From assembly GCA_035650375.1 (NCBI GenBank), contig DASRHW010000105.1, positions 4,858 through 68,857 of the forward strand: 64,000 nt of DNA. Direction: 5' to 3'. Shown here piece after piece: positions 43,840-53,504 of this stretch; the first letter of the stretch is position 1, and every line of letters starts with the position of its first letter. The stretch comes from Solirubrobacteraceae bacterium. Lineage in GTDB: Bacteria > Actinomycetota > Thermoleophilia > Solirubrobacterales > Solirubrobacteraceae. The notes beneath the pieces were generated by a model, which was not told where the DNA came from, made no database searches, and was given only the letters and a program-made list of their open reading frames with translations. A program made the translations under genes and the position numbers.

Positions 43840-43968
43840 ATGTCCGTACGACAATCGTTCCCGTCCTGCATTCTGACGACCCAGGTTCGAGCCGTGGGCG
43901 TTCGCCGCTTCTTCGTCCGCGACCCGAACGGCGCGATCGTCAACGTGTTGAGCCACGCACAGCAGTAG
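43840..43968 (+). pseudogene. possible remnant of a VOC/glyoxalase-family gene (C-terminal about 25 aa only)
   Basis: The short ORF ends ..VGVRRFFVRDPNGAIVNVLSH.., which looks like the last beta-strands of a VOC domain. There is no room for the rest of the domain upstream. Confidence 0.3.
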
Positions 43969-44017
43969 ACCCCAGCGCCGCCGGCTGCCGGCCGACACAA
44001 CCGCCGCGCTGCGAGCG

Positions 44018-46432
44018 TCAGTTCGCGTCGGGCCCTGCCGGTGCCGGGTGCTGTGGTCGGGTCGGTGCCAGAAGCCGTTTTTCGAGGGTGTCGGGGTCGA
44101 GCGGTCCGGAGAGCAGGAAGCCCTGGGCCTCGTTGACGTTCTCGCCGCGGAGGTGGTCCATCTGGCTGGTGGTCTCGAGGCCTTCGGCGAGGGTCGTCAG
44201 GCCGAGGTCCTTCCCGAGTTGGACGAGCGTGCCGATCAGCGCCTTGGACTCGGGTGAGGCGCTGATGGCGTTGGTGAACGTCTGGTCGATCTTGAGACAG
44301 TCGACAGGGAACTGCTGGAGGTAGGCGAGGCTGGAATAGCCGGTGCCGAAGTCGTCGACGGCGATGCGGATGCCGAGCGCCTTGATCGCGTGGAGCCGTT
44401 TCGCGGTTTCGTCGGCGTTGCGCATCAGCGCGGTCTCGGTCACTTCGACGATCAGCGACGCTGCCGGCAGGCCGCTCGTGTCGAGGGCGTGACGGACCTG
44501 CCCGACGATCGCGTCGTCGTCGAGCTGGCGTCCCGAGACGTTGACCGACAGGTCGAGCGTGTCGCCGCGGGCATGCCAGTCGGCCATCTGCCGACAGGCC
44601 CGATCGAGCACCCAGCCGCCGACCTCGCGGATCTGGCCCGTCTGCTCGAGGACCGGAATGAACTCCTCGGGCCCGACGAGGCCGCGGGCCGGATGGTCCC
44701 AGCGCAGCAGCGCTTCGACGCCGACGATCGTCAGCTGGTCGAGGTTGTAGATCGGCTGGTAGACAAGCCGGAACTGGTCCTCTTCCAGCGCCGAACGAAG
44801 ATCGAACTCGAGCTCGATGCGCTGGGAGATCTCGGTCTGCATCTCGGGGTAGAAGACCTCGTAGCGGTTCTTGCCCTTGGCCTTGGCCTGATACAACGCG
44901 ACGTCGGCGTCACGCAACAGCTCGCCGGCGGTCGGCCGGTCACCCATCGCGATCCCGATGCTCGTGTTGACGATCAGCGGCATCGACGTTTCGTCGAGGT
45001 CGAACGGCTGGCGCATCACCGCCAGGAGCCGTTCGGCGACGAGCTCCGGGGCGACGTTGAGCGACGCGCCGTCGATCAGCACGACGAACTCGTCGCCACC
45101 CATCCGCCCGATCGTGTCGGCGTCACGCAACGTGCTCTTGAGCCGTTCGCTGATCGCGATCAGCAGCCGGTCGCCTGCGCCATGACCCAACGAGTCGTTG
45201 ACGTTCTTGAACTCGTCGAGGTCGACGAACAGCACCGCGCCGGTCGTCTCGCTTCGACGGTTACGCGCCAGCAACTGCTCGATCCGGTCCAGCACCAACA
45301 CCCGGTTGGGCAGCCCCGTCAAACCGTCATGCAGCGCCTGATGCTGCAACTCGCCGGTCTTGACGCCCACCAGACGCAACGCTCGCGCCCTGCCGGTCCC
45401 CAACAGGTACACAAGCAGGCCGATCAAGACGCTCAACGCGATCCCAGCCAGCAACAACATCCGCGCATTTCCATCATCGAACACACCAGTGGCCGGTAGC
45501 GCAGTGGCCACGCGCACAGACCAACCGTTACGCAGGTCGATCACCGTCGACTGGCGATCGGACGGGACCTGACCGGCACGAAACACCACATTCGATGCGC
45601 CACGTTCGTAGTGAAAGGCCACCGCGGCCTCCGGATGGCCCTGCAGCGCTCGATTCAGCACGACGCCGGGATCGATGCTCATGCCGACGAAGCCCATCAA
45701 CGCCGCGCGGCGCCCAGTCACCGTCGACGGGATGACGCCGCCACGGTAGACCGGCGACTGCACGCTGAACAGCGTCGTGGCCTTCGAGGTTGCCGGGATC
45801 GGCACGTATGCGCTCGTACCCGAGTCGCGCGCGCCGCGAGCAGACGCGCCGACGACCGTGCCCGGAGCGCAGAAGTCATGCCCTGCCGGAAACGGAGCGA
45901 CGCCACTGCGAAGCTTGAATCCGACCGGTAGGCAGTAGAACGGGCGGCTGCCAGGGGGCACCACCTTGAATCTTCCGTCGCTCGGCAGCGGGCTGACGGG
46001 GTCACGCACGGCCGCGGCCGCGAACGCCGCGAGCTGTGACGAGCGAACGAGCGAAGCAGCACCGATCGTTCGAAGCTCGGGGTAGCGCTGCATCGCCCGC
46101 ACCGAGTCCGCCCAGGACGCGAACTGGGAGGTCGACGTGCGCGGGTTGCCGGCCAGGAAGCCGCCCGCGCTCACGATCAGATCCTCTTCGCGCTGCAGGG
46201 CCAGTTGCAAGGTCGAAGCGATCTCGGCTGAAGACTTCTTGAGCTGCTGTCGTGCCTTGTCGCCGTCGCGGCCCGATTGGGCGCTGGCCGCCACAACCGC
46301 GCCGACGGAGCCCGCAACGACCAGCAGCGCCGCCACGAACCCCCAGACCAGCCGCTGGCGGCCGTAACGACCGGCCATCACCGCCGCATCACGCTTGATC
46401 TTCCTGCCCGTCTCGCTGCCGGTCTGCTTCAT
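44018..46432 (-). CDS. membrane sensor diguanylate cyclase/phosphodiesterase (periplasmic CHASE-like domain, GGDEF, EAL)
   Basis: TM helix, about 280-aa extracytoplasmic domain, second TM helix. GGDEF domain (..LTGLPNR..RMGGDEFVV..) and EAL domain (..VGVEALLRW..DDFGTGYSSL..LAEGLET..). Confidence 0.9.
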   Translation of the reverse strand: MKQTGSETGRKIKRDAAVMAGRYGRQRLVWGFVAALLVVAGSVGAVVAASAQSGRDGDKARQQLKKSSAEIASTLQLALQREEDLIVSAGGFLAGNPRTSTSQFASWADSVRAMQRYPELRTIGAASLVRSSQLAAFAAAAVRDPVSPLPSDGRFKVVPPGSRPFYCLPVGFKLRSGVAPFPAGHDFCAPGTVVGASARGARDSGTSAYVPIPATSKATTLFSVQSPVYRGGVIPSTVTGRRAALMGFVGMSIDPGVVLNRALQGHPEAAVAFHYERGASNVVFRAGQVPSDRQSTVIDLRNGWSVRVATALPATGVFDDGNARMLLLAGIALSVLIGLLVYLLGTGRARALRLVGVKTGELQHQALHDGLTGLPNRVLVLDRIEQLLARNRRSETTGAVLFVDLDEFKNVNDSLGHGAGDRLLIAISERLKSTLRDADTIGRMGGDEFVVLIDGASLNVAPELVAERLLAVMRQPFDLDETSMPLIVNTSIGIAMGDRPTAGELLRDADVALYQAKAKGKNRYEVFYPEMQTEISQRIELEFDLRSALEEDQFRLVYQPIYNLDQLTIVGVEALLRWDHPARGLVGPEEFIPVLEQTGQIREVGGWVLDRACRQMADWHARGDTLDLSVNVSGRQLDDDAIVGQVRHALDTSGLPAASLIVEVTETALMRNADETAKRLHAIKALGIRIAVDDFGTGYSSLAYLQQFPVDCLKIDQTFTNAISASPESKALIGTLVQLGKDLGLTTLAEGLETTSQMDHLRGENVNEAQGFLLSGPLDPDTLEKRLLAPTRPQHPAPAGPDAN

Positions 46433-46480
46433 CTGGCTCTCCGGTCACGTCGTAGCCAAGGCTCGCCTGGTTACGTACCT

Positions 46481-46502
46481 CATCGGCATCCGGAGGCCGA
46501 TG
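46481..46502. terminator. hairpin CATCGGC-N8-GCCGATG between cytochrome c gene and GGDEF-EAL gene
   Basis: 7-bp perfect stem read directly. No U-tract, so weak as an intrinsic terminator. Confidence 0.3.
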
Positions 46503-46572
46503 TCCAAGGACCGTCCGCTCGCGCTAGACGCTTCGCGGGCGCTGACGGTGCCACACCGCCCGCCGGCGCGAC

Positions 46573-46980
46573 CTATTGCCGACTGGCCAGCAGGAAGCGC
46601 ACGAGCTCGTCGAGCTCGCCATCGGTCATCCGATCACCGAAGTCGTCGGGCATTGTCGTGAACGTCTCCCCAGGCGCCCTCCGGGTGATGCGCTCGGCCA
46701 GGGTCGCGGCGGTATGGCCCGCGAGCCGCACGTCGAGGTTCGGCCCGATCACTCCGCTCGAACCCGCGGCGGCGAGCCGGTGGCAGCTCCCGCATCCCAT
46801 CCGGGCGAAGATTGCTTTCCCTCCGTCCCGCGTGGACGCGTCGGTCCTGTCCGAAGCGGCACGCGGCGCCGAATCGTTCCCGTCGGCGATGGCCAGGACG
46901 CCGAACGTGCCGGCACCAACCACCAGCCCGGCCGCGAGCGGCAACACCGGTCCGGACGCGAGCCTCACGACGTCAAACAC
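46573..46980 (-). CDS. membrane-anchored monoheme c-type cytochrome
   Basis: CGSCH heme-binding motif, a distal Met candidate (..TTMPDDF..) and an N-terminal hydrophobic helix. The GTG start at 46980 was chosen (8-nt overlap with the upstream gene). The longer track ORF N-terminus is Arg-rich. Confidence 0.7.
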   Translation of the reverse strand: MFDVVRLASGPVLPLAAGLVVGAGTFGVLAIADGNDSAPRAASDRTDASTRDGGKAIFARMGCGSCHRLAAAGSSGVIGPNLDVRLAGHTAATLAERITRRAPGETFTTMPDDFGDRMTDGELDELVRFLLASRQ

Positions 46981-47515
46981 CGACAACCGGGGTGCTGTCA
47001 AGCTTCGAAGCGGTGCGGCGCCGCCGCAGGACCGAGGCCGCGGCAGCGGCAAGCGCGCCCGCGCCGAGCGCCAGCAGCGCTCGCGGCCCACCATCCGCGG
47101 CGCCAGATGCGGCAGGCGCCGCGGTGCCGCCGAGCGGCTGACCCGGCCCGCCGACGCGAACGATCCCGAACGTATGGGCAGCCGGGGCATCGCGCCACTC
47201 GAGGACGCTCAGCGCCCAGCTTCCCGCGGCCGGGAACGTCACGCGTGCCCGATAGACACCCGGCCGGGAGCTCTCGACAGCTTCGAACGTGCGCGGACCG
47301 GCGCCGTCCGGGTGTGTGATGGTGAGCACCGGCCGCATCCCGCTCCGCGGCGTGCGTCCATGGCCGAGCATCGTGAACTCCGCTGTCCATGCCTGGCCGG
47401 CCCGCAGATCCTCGGGCAGCGGCTGCAGGCCTACGGTGCTGAACCCTCCGCCCCACGCAGTCGCCGGCGCTGCCAGTACAACCACTGCCGCCAGGCTCAC
47501 AACCACTCGTCGCAT
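46973..47515 (-). CDS. hypothetical exported protein, Ig-like YtkA/FixH-like pattern, C-terminal TM anchor
   Basis: Signal peptide MRRVVVSLAAVVVLAAPATAW. ..PVLTITHPDGAGPRTFEAVESSRPGVYRARVTFPAAGSWALSV.. resembles YtkA/FixH-type beta-sandwich proteins. Hydrophobic tail plus RRRR stop-transfer. Family assignment is tentative. Confidence 0.55.
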   Translation of the reverse strand: MRRVVVSLAAVVVLAAPATAWGGGFSTVGLQPLPEDLRAGQAWTAEFTMLGHGRTPRSGMRPVLTITHPDGAGPRTFEAVESSRPGVYRARVTFPAAGSWALSVLEWRDAPAAHTFGIVRVGGPGQPLGGTAAPAASGAADGGPRALLALGAGALAAAAASVLRRRRTASKLDSTPVVGV

Positions 47516-47795
47516 CGTGCGCTCGCCTCTCATCCGGGATTCCACAGCGCTCTACGCCGCCGGGGCCGCGGGAGTTCCCTCGTTCGCAGCGATCAGCGGT
47601 CGTCTGCCCGCAGCCTTCACTCGAATCCCCACAGGAACGGGCCGGCCCGGCGGCCTGGTCATGACCGAGCGCCGCAGTGGCGGCGCGCAACAGTGCCAAC
47701 GGTGTATTGCAGCCGTCCGAACTGTGTATGTGACATCCCCGGAGGCGAGGACTAGGTTCCGGCTGGGGTAGGTCCACCAGCGGGAGAGGAGACAT

Positions 47796-48926
47796 ATGTC
47801 CTGGCTACGCAGCATCAATGACCGCAGATTCTGGGGAGCAGGGGTGGCGGTCGCCGCCATCGCCGCACTGGTGCTGGCGCTCACCGGCGGCGGCGCGGAC
47901 AAGCCGAGCACGGCCTCGGCCGCCACTGGGACGAGCAGCTCGGCGACGGCTGCTGCCGCCGCGGTGCCCTACAACGGGCCCGAGAAGAAACTCCCACACA
48001 CGCTGGCAGCGCCGAAGATCAAGAAGGGCTTCAAGTACAAGCTCGGCTACATGTCGATCTACGCCGCCATTCCTTCGCTCGCCGCCGTGAACAAGGGCGC
48101 CCGAGACGAGACGAAGAGGCTGGGCGGGACTTTTATCCTCAAAGATGGTCAGCTCAATCCCGACAAGCAGGCGTCGCAGATCAACGAATTGATCTCACAG
48201 CACGTCGACGCCATCGCGGTGTATCCGGTCAACCCCGCTGCGCTGCTGCCTGGCATCAAGAAGGCCAGGAAGGCCGGAATCAAGATCGTCATGGAGGACA
48301 CGCCGCCGATCGCCGGGCAGCCGCTGATCCCCGGCAGCTCGACGAACATCCTGCAGGGGCGAGACACCGCTGAATACAGCATCGCCCAGGGCGCCGCCAA
48401 GGCCGACCCGAAGGGCAAGTTCGTCAGCCTGGGGCTCGCGATTCCCGTGCCGCTGCTGCAGTACGGCCTCAAGCGAGGCATCTACTGGGCACAGAAGTTC
48501 GGCATGAAGAACCTGGGAACCGTGAACACCTCGCAGGACACGGCCAACGGCGCCGGCGCGGCGATGACGACGATCCTCGCCAAGTACCCCGACGTCACCA
48601 CCGTGCTTGCCTACAACGACCAGGCCGCAGGAGCTGCGGCGTCGGTCGCGCGGGCGAGCGGCAAGACGAACGTCAAGGTCTGGGGCGACAACGGCGAGCC
48701 CGTGGCGATCAAGCAGATTCAGGCCGGCCGGGTGTTCGGAACGTACAACTCCGACTTCACCTCGATCGGGCGTCTGCAGGCGATCGCCGTCTACGACCTG
48801 CTGACGAAACAGAACCTGCCGCTGCCGAAGCAGGTGTCCGTAGGCGGTCAGGCCGTCACGAAGGCCAACGCCGGGAGCGTTGACCCGCTGGGCTCCAAGG
48901 GCCCGCTTCCGACACTCGGCAAGTAG
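47796..48926 (+). CDS. sugar ABC transporter substrate-binding protein (RbsB/periplasmic-binding-protein type 1)
   Basis: N-terminal TM/signal segment and a Ser/Thr/Ala linker. Then ..YKLGYMSIYA..QHVDAIAVYPVNP..AGIKIVMED..VLAYNDQAAGAA.., typical of ribose/monosaccharide binding proteins. Confidence 0.85.
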   Translation: MSWLRSINDRRFWGAGVAVAAIAALVLALTGGGADKPSTASAATGTSSSATAAAAAVPYNGPEKKLPHTLAAPKIKKGFKYKLGYMSIYAAIPSLAAVNKGARDETKRLGGTFILKDGQLNPDKQASQINELISQHVDAIAVYPVNPAALLPGIKKARKAGIKIVMEDTPPIAGQPLIPGSSTNILQGRDTAEYSIAQGAAKADPKGKFVSLGLAIPVPLLQYGLKRGIYWAQKFGMKNLGTVNTSQDTANGAGAAMTTILAKYPDVTTVLAYNDQAAGAAASVARASGKTNVKVWGDNGEPVAIKQIQAGRVFGTYNSDFTSIGRLQAIAVYDLLTKQNLPLPKQVSVGGQAVTKANAGSVDPLGSKGPLPTLGK

Positions 48927-48993
48927 GAGAGGCAGCCGCAGCGAGCCAGGATCAGCTGGCTCGCTGCGGACGCCCGACCCGCACGAGAGGCCA

Positions 48994-50532
48994 ATGACCC
49001 CGGACGGCACCACGACATCCGCCACTGGCCCGCTCCTCGAGCTGTCGGGCATCCACAAGCGCTTCGGCGGCGTCCACGCCCTGCGTGGCGCCGACCTGAA
49101 GATCAGCGGTGCCGGTGTGGTGCACGGGCTGATGGGCGAGAACGGGTCGGGGAAGTCCACGCTGCTTTGCGTCCTGTCGGGCCAGCTGCGCGCCGACGAA
49201 GGGCAGCTCTCGATCGAGGGAGCTCCGGCGAGCTTCGCGAACCCGACCGCCGCGCTGCGCGGCGGCATCGCGATGGTCTCGCAGGAGACGGCGCTCGCGA
49301 GTGAGCTGACGATCGCGGAGAACATCTTCCTCGGGCGGCGGATGGCGCGCCGTTTCGGGCGCATCGACTGGCGGGCGACGCGGCGCCATGCAACCGAGGT
49401 CCTCGATCGCCTCGAGCTCACGTTCGACCCCGGCTGGCAGGTCGAGCGGCTCCGCCCCGATCAGAAGCAGATGGTCGAGATCGCCCGCGCCCTCTCGATG
49501 GACACGCGTGTGCTGATCCTCGACGAGCCCACGAGCTCGCTGACCGACGACCAGGTCCAGGCACTGTTCCGTGCCGTCCGCCAGATCAAGGCCGGTGGCG
49601 TCTCGACCGTCTTCGTCTCACATCGCCTGACCGAGGTCTTCGATCTCGTCGACGAGCTGACGGTCCTGCGCGACGGGTCCACGGCCGCGCACGGGCCGGT
49701 GGCGGAGTTCGACCCCCACTCCCTCGTCGACACGATGGTCGGCAGGCAGGGAGCGTGGAAGTCCTACGCACGGGCCGAGCGCTCATCGCACGCCGACGCC
49801 GAAGGCCTACCCGCGTTGAAGATCGAGTCGATGTCGATCGCCGGCCATGTCCAGGACGTCGACATCGAGCTCAAGCGCGGCGAGATCCTCGGCATCGCGG
49901 GCCTCGTCGGCGCCGGCCGCAGCGAGCTGCTGGAGGGCATCTTCGGGATCCGGCCGCTCGCCACAGGATCGATCGCGATCGACGGGACGCAGGTGAGCCT
50001 TCGCAGCCCCCGGTCGGCGATCGAGCACGGCGTCGGGTTCCTCCCGCCCGATCGCAAGAGCCAGGGTCTCGTGGTCCAGCGCACGATCGACGAGAACCTG
50101 ACGATGGTCTCGACGCTGTCGCGTTCGCGCCTGCTGCCGCCGGGCGGACGTGACGTCGATCAGAAGTCCGAAGAGATCGCGCGGGCGATGCGGTTGCGAG
50201 CGAGCTCCCGCCGTGCTCCGGTGAGCAGCCTCAGCGGCGGCAACCAGCAGAAGGTCGCGGTCGGCAAGTGGCTGATGGCCGACTCCCGGATCCTGCTGCT
50301 CGACGAGCCGACGCGCGGCGTCGACGTTGCGGCCAAGGCCGAGATCCACCAGCTGCTGCGCAGCGTCGCGGCGACCGGCGTCGCCGTGCTGGTGGTGTCG
50401 TCCGAGCACGACGAGCTGATCGAGCTCTGCGACCGGATCGTGGTCATGTTCCGCGGCCGGATCGTGGCGTCGATGAGCGCAGAACAAGCCGATGAATCGA
50501 TGATCGCGCGCTACGCGGGAGGCTATCCATGA
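48994..50532 (+). CDS. sugar ABC transporter ATP-binding protein (duplicated NBD, RbsA/MglA-like)
   Basis: Two NBDs. The first has GENGSGKST and ILDEPTSSL. The second has LSGGNQQK and LLLDEPTRGVD. Start trimmed to the ATG at 48994. Confidence 0.9.
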   Translation: MTPDGTTTSATGPLLELSGIHKRFGGVHALRGADLKISGAGVVHGLMGENGSGKSTLLCVLSGQLRADEGQLSIEGAPASFANPTAALRGGIAMVSQETALASELTIAENIFLGRRMARRFGRIDWRATRRHATEVLDRLELTFDPGWQVERLRPDQKQMVEIARALSMDTRVLILDEPTSSLTDDQVQALFRAVRQIKAGGVSTVFVSHRLTEVFDLVDELTVLRDGSTAAHGPVAEFDPHSLVDTMVGRQGAWKSYARAERSSHADAEGLPALKIESMSIAGHVQDVDIELKRGEILGIAGLVGAGRSELLEGIFGIRPLATGSIAIDGTQVSLRSPRSAIEHGVGFLPPDRKSQGLVVQRTIDENLTMVSTLSRSRLLPPGGRDVDQKSEEIARAMRLRASSRRAPVSSLSGGNQQKVAVGKWLMADSRILLLDEPTRGVDVAAKAEIHQLLRSVAATGVAVLVVSSEHDELIELCDRIVVMFRGRIVASMSAEQADESMIARYAGGYP

Positions 50533-51596
50533 GCACCAACGTCCCACCGCGACCGGAGCCCTCCGCTGAGCCACCGGCCATGTCCGGGCAGACCGGGCTC
50601 GCATCGCGCATGTTCGACGCCACGCGGCACTTCCGCCCCGTCCTGCTGCTGCTGATCGTCCTGATCGCCTACTTCGGGATCGCGCAGGACGAGTTCCTGA
50701 CCACCTCGAACATCGAGAACACGCTCTCCGGCGTGTCGGTGCTGTGGGTGATCGCGCTCGCGATGACGTTCCTGTTGCTGACGGGAGGGGCCGACCTGTC
50801 GGTCGGCGCGATCGCCTCGATCGCCGGCATCCTCCTGGCCAAGCTGCTCGACCTCGGGATCCCGGGGCTGCCCTGCGTGCTGCTCGCGATCCTCTTCGGC
50901 GCCGTGATCGGCGCCGTCCTCAACGGCTTCTTCATCGGCAAGCTGAACCTGTCGTTCTTCGTCGTCACGCTCGCCTCGATGATCACGCTGACCGGTGTGG
51001 TGAACCTGTGGTCGGACACGAAGTCCTACTTCGTCACGGCGCCGATCGTCGACACCATCGGCACCCAAGACACGCTCGGGCTGCCGACGACGATCTGGAT
51101 CATGATCGCCACGTTCGTGGTCGCCCTCTACGCCCAGCAATGGACGTACTGGGCGCGCGACGTCTACGCGATCGGCGGCAGCGTGATCGCGGCGCGGCTG
51201 TCGGGGATCCGCACGTCGGTGACGCTGGTCAGCGTCTACGCGCTGTCCGGAGCGGCCGCCGCGCTCGGCGGCATCATCGCGACGGGCCGCATCGGCGCCG
51301 CGACGCCCTCACCCGACCCGAACCTGCCGCTGCAGGCGATCGCAGCGGTGCTGCTCGGAGGGACGAGCCTGTTCGGCGGCCAGGGAGGCGTCGGCGGCAC
51401 GGCGCTGGGCGTCCTGTTCATCGGGGTCCTGCAGAACGGGCTCAGCCTCTCCGGCGTCTCCAGCTTCTGGCAGCAGGTGATCACGGGGATCATCCTGGTG
51501 GCCGCGGTGCTCGGCGACCGGATCTCGCTGAGCGGCGGCCTGAGAGGACTGCGTGCTCGCCTCGGACCGGCCGAGGCTTCCGCGAGCGAGGCCTGA
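50529..51596 (+). CDS. sugar ABC transporter permease (RbsC/BPD_transp_2 family)
   Basis: ATGA overlap with the ATPase stop. Multi-TM, with ..LTGGADLSVGAI.. and ..IYAIGGSVIAARLSGI.. motifs of ribose-type permeases. Confidence 0.9.
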   Translation: MSTNVPPRPEPSAEPPAMSGQTGLASRMFDATRHFRPVLLLLIVLIAYFGIAQDEFLTTSNIENTLSGVSVLWVIALAMTFLLLTGGADLSVGAIASIAGILLAKLLDLGIPGLPCVLLAILFGAVIGAVLNGFFIGKLNLSFFVVTLASMITLTGVVNLWSDTKSYFVTAPIVDTIGTQDTLGLPTTIWIMIATFVVALYAQQWTYWARDVYAIGGSVIAARLSGIRTSVTLVSVYALSGAAAALGGIIATGRIGAATPSPDPNLPLQAIAAVLLGGTSLFGGQGGVGGTALGVLFIGVLQNGLSLSGVSSFWQQVITGIILVAAVLGDRISLSGGLRGLRARLGPAEASASEA

Positions 51597-51600
51597 GCCG

Positions 51601-52071
51601 TCAGGAACGCATGCCCGGACCGGGCTGGAGCAGCTCTACGCGGGCGCCGTCCGGGTCGAAGCAGAAGGCGAGCACCGTGCCGCTGGCGTCCCCGTCGGGG
51701 ACGGTGTAGGGCGGCCGCGAGAACGTGACGCCCTCCGCCGTCATCCGCTCGTAGGCGGCGGGAACGTCGGAGACCTCGAAGCAGACGTGGCGCACCCCGA
51801 AGTCGTCGGCGCGGTCGGACACCGGCGCCGGGGCGTCGTCGCGCTCGAACTGGAACAACTCGAGGCGGGTCGGCCCGAAGCGCATGAACGCGAGCGTGAA
51901 GCGCGCCGCCTCGAGCCCGTGCAGCTGCGCGACCTGCGGATCGTCGACGTCGCGGATGATCACTTCGACCTCACCGCCGAACCAGCGCTCGTAGAACGCG
52001 ATCGAACGGTCGAGGTCGGCGACCACGATCGCGGTGTGGTGCAGCGGAAAGGCGAGGGCGTCGGCAGACAC
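51601..52071 (-). CDS. VOC (glyoxalase/bleomycin-resistance/dioxygenase) family protein
   Basis: ..LHHTAIVVADLDRSIAFYERWFG..GVRHVCFEVSDVPAAYERM..AFCFDPDGARVELLQ. The GTG at 52071 was chosen as start. Confidence 0.8.
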   Translation of the reverse strand: MSADALAFPLHHTAIVVADLDRSIAFYERWFGGEVEVIIRDVDDPQVAQLHGLEAARFTLAFMRFGPTRLELFQFERDDAPAPVSDRADDFGVRHVCFEVSDVPAAYERMTAEGVTFSRPPYTVPDGDASGTVLAFCFDPDGARVELLQPGPGMRS

Positions 52072-52082
52072 GGCGGCCGACC

Positions 52083-53504
52083 CTACCGGGGCGGCAACGT
52101 CGCCGGCGGGCGGCTTTCGTGGTGCGGCGTGCGGCTCTGATAGTCGATCGCGGTCTGCAGCAGCGCCGCCTCTGTCCACGGCGCGCCGGCGAGCTGGGCA
52201 CCGATCGGCAGGCCACCGTCCTCACCGCCGGCCGGCAGGCAGACGACCGGCCAGCCGAGCACGTTCCACATCGCGCGGATGCCCTGGTCGCCGAAGCGCT
52301 CCAGGTCGCCGCCTTCGTCCGCCGGCGGCACCAGCGGAGTTTCACGCGTCTGCGCCGGGAGCGCCAGCGCGCTCAGCTCGTGCTCGCGGAACAGCGCCGC
52401 CCAGGCCGCGCGATAGGCCTGCTCGGCCCGCCCGGCGTCGGCGGGCGCCACGCCGAGGGCCTCAGCCGCCTCGAGCAGCGCCACCCCTCGCTCGCGCGTG
52501 TAGGCCGTGAAGCGATCGCCACGCTCTGCCAGGTGGCGGCGAAAGAACGTCACCTGCTCCTGCCGGGGGCGCGGGTCGGCGGGCGGCCGCGGCGGGCCGG
52601 CGACCGGCAGCAGCTCTGCCCCGAGCCGCCGGAGCTCCTCCTCGAAGCGCGCCTGGACCTCGGCCACCGACGGTGCGAGCTCGATCTCCGGCGGCAGTTC
52701 GAGCACACCGATCCTCCGCCCCGCGAGCGGGCGCTCGCCTGGCGTCGGAGCCGTCGGCAACGCACCGAGAGGCGGCGCCCCGTGCGTGGCCGCGTCGCCC
52801 GGGTCGTGGCCCGCGAGCACCGCGAGCACCAGTGCGCAGTCGGCCGCGCTCCACGCCAGCGGGCCGACGTGATCGGCCGCGGCGTTGAACGTGAAGCTGC
52901 CACGCATGCTGACGCGGCCCGCGGTGCCGATGATCGTCGTCAGCCCGCACGCCGAGGCCGGACGGCGCAGGCTCCCGCCGACGTCGGTCCCGAGCGCGAA
53001 CGGCGCGGTGCCGGCGGCGACCGCGGCCGCGCTGCCGTTGCTCGAACCGCCCGGGCTGCGACCGAGGTCCCACGGGTTGGCGACGGTCTGCGGCGCGTCG
53101 CCGGAGGCGAGCTCCTGTGTTCGCGTGTGCCCGAGCGGGACCGCCCCCTGATCGCGCAGGCGTTCCCACGACGAGGCGTCTTCACCGCCGACTTGGTCCT
53201 CGAACGCGGCGCTGCCGAGCGTCAGCGGCAGCCCGGCGACGGCGATCACGTCCTTGAGCCCGAACGGGACGCCACAGAGCGGCGGAGCCGGCCCGTCGCG
53301 ACCGACCGCGGCCGCCGACAGGCGCGCGTCGGCCGCCGCGGCCTGCTCGAGCGCCATCTCCGGATAGGTCCGCACCCAGGCGCGTGCCCGATCGCCTTCG
53401 CCGATGCGCTTCAGGAACGCCTGTGTCACCTCGACGCTCGACACCGTCCTCGCCTGCAGCAGCTGGGCCAGCTCCTGCACCCCGTGACCGGTGAGCTCGG
53501 TCAA
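52083..53504 (-). CDS. amidase (amidase-signature family)
   Basis: GVPFGLKDV (Lys) and the GGSSNGSAAAVAAG signature. The TTG start overlaps the upstream stop (TTGA 53501-53504). The longer track ORF is an artefactual extension. Confidence 0.85.
   Translation of the reverse strand: MTELTGHGVQELAQLLQARTVSSVEVTQAFLKRIGEGDRARAWVRTYPEMALEQAAAADARLSAAAVGRDGPAPPLCGVPFGLKDVIAVAGLPLTLGSAAFEDQVGGEDASSWERLRDQGAVPLGHTRTQELASGDAPQTVANPWDLGRSPGGSSNGSAAAVAAGTAPFALGTDVGGSLRRPASACGLTTIIGTAGRVSMRGSFTFNAAADHVGPLAWSAADCALVLAVLAGHDPGDAATHGAPPLGALPTAPTPGERPLAGRRIGVLELPPEIELAPSVAEVQARFEEELRRLGAELLPVAGPPRPPADPRPRQEQVTFFRRHLAERGDRFTAYTRERGVALLEAAEALGVAPADAGRAEQAYRAAWAALFREHELSALALPAQTRETPLVPPADEGGDLERFGDQGIRAMWNVLGWPVVCLPAGGEDGGLPIGAQLAGAPWTEAALLQTAIDYQSRTPHHESRPPATLPPR

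Noticed and set aside
47546-47795. Structured RNA or riboswitch in the 250-bp leader of the sugar ABC operon.
   Set aside because: I could not recognise any conserved riboswitch core or convincing extended stem-loops by eye. It may simply hold a promoter or operator. A covariance-model scan would be needed.
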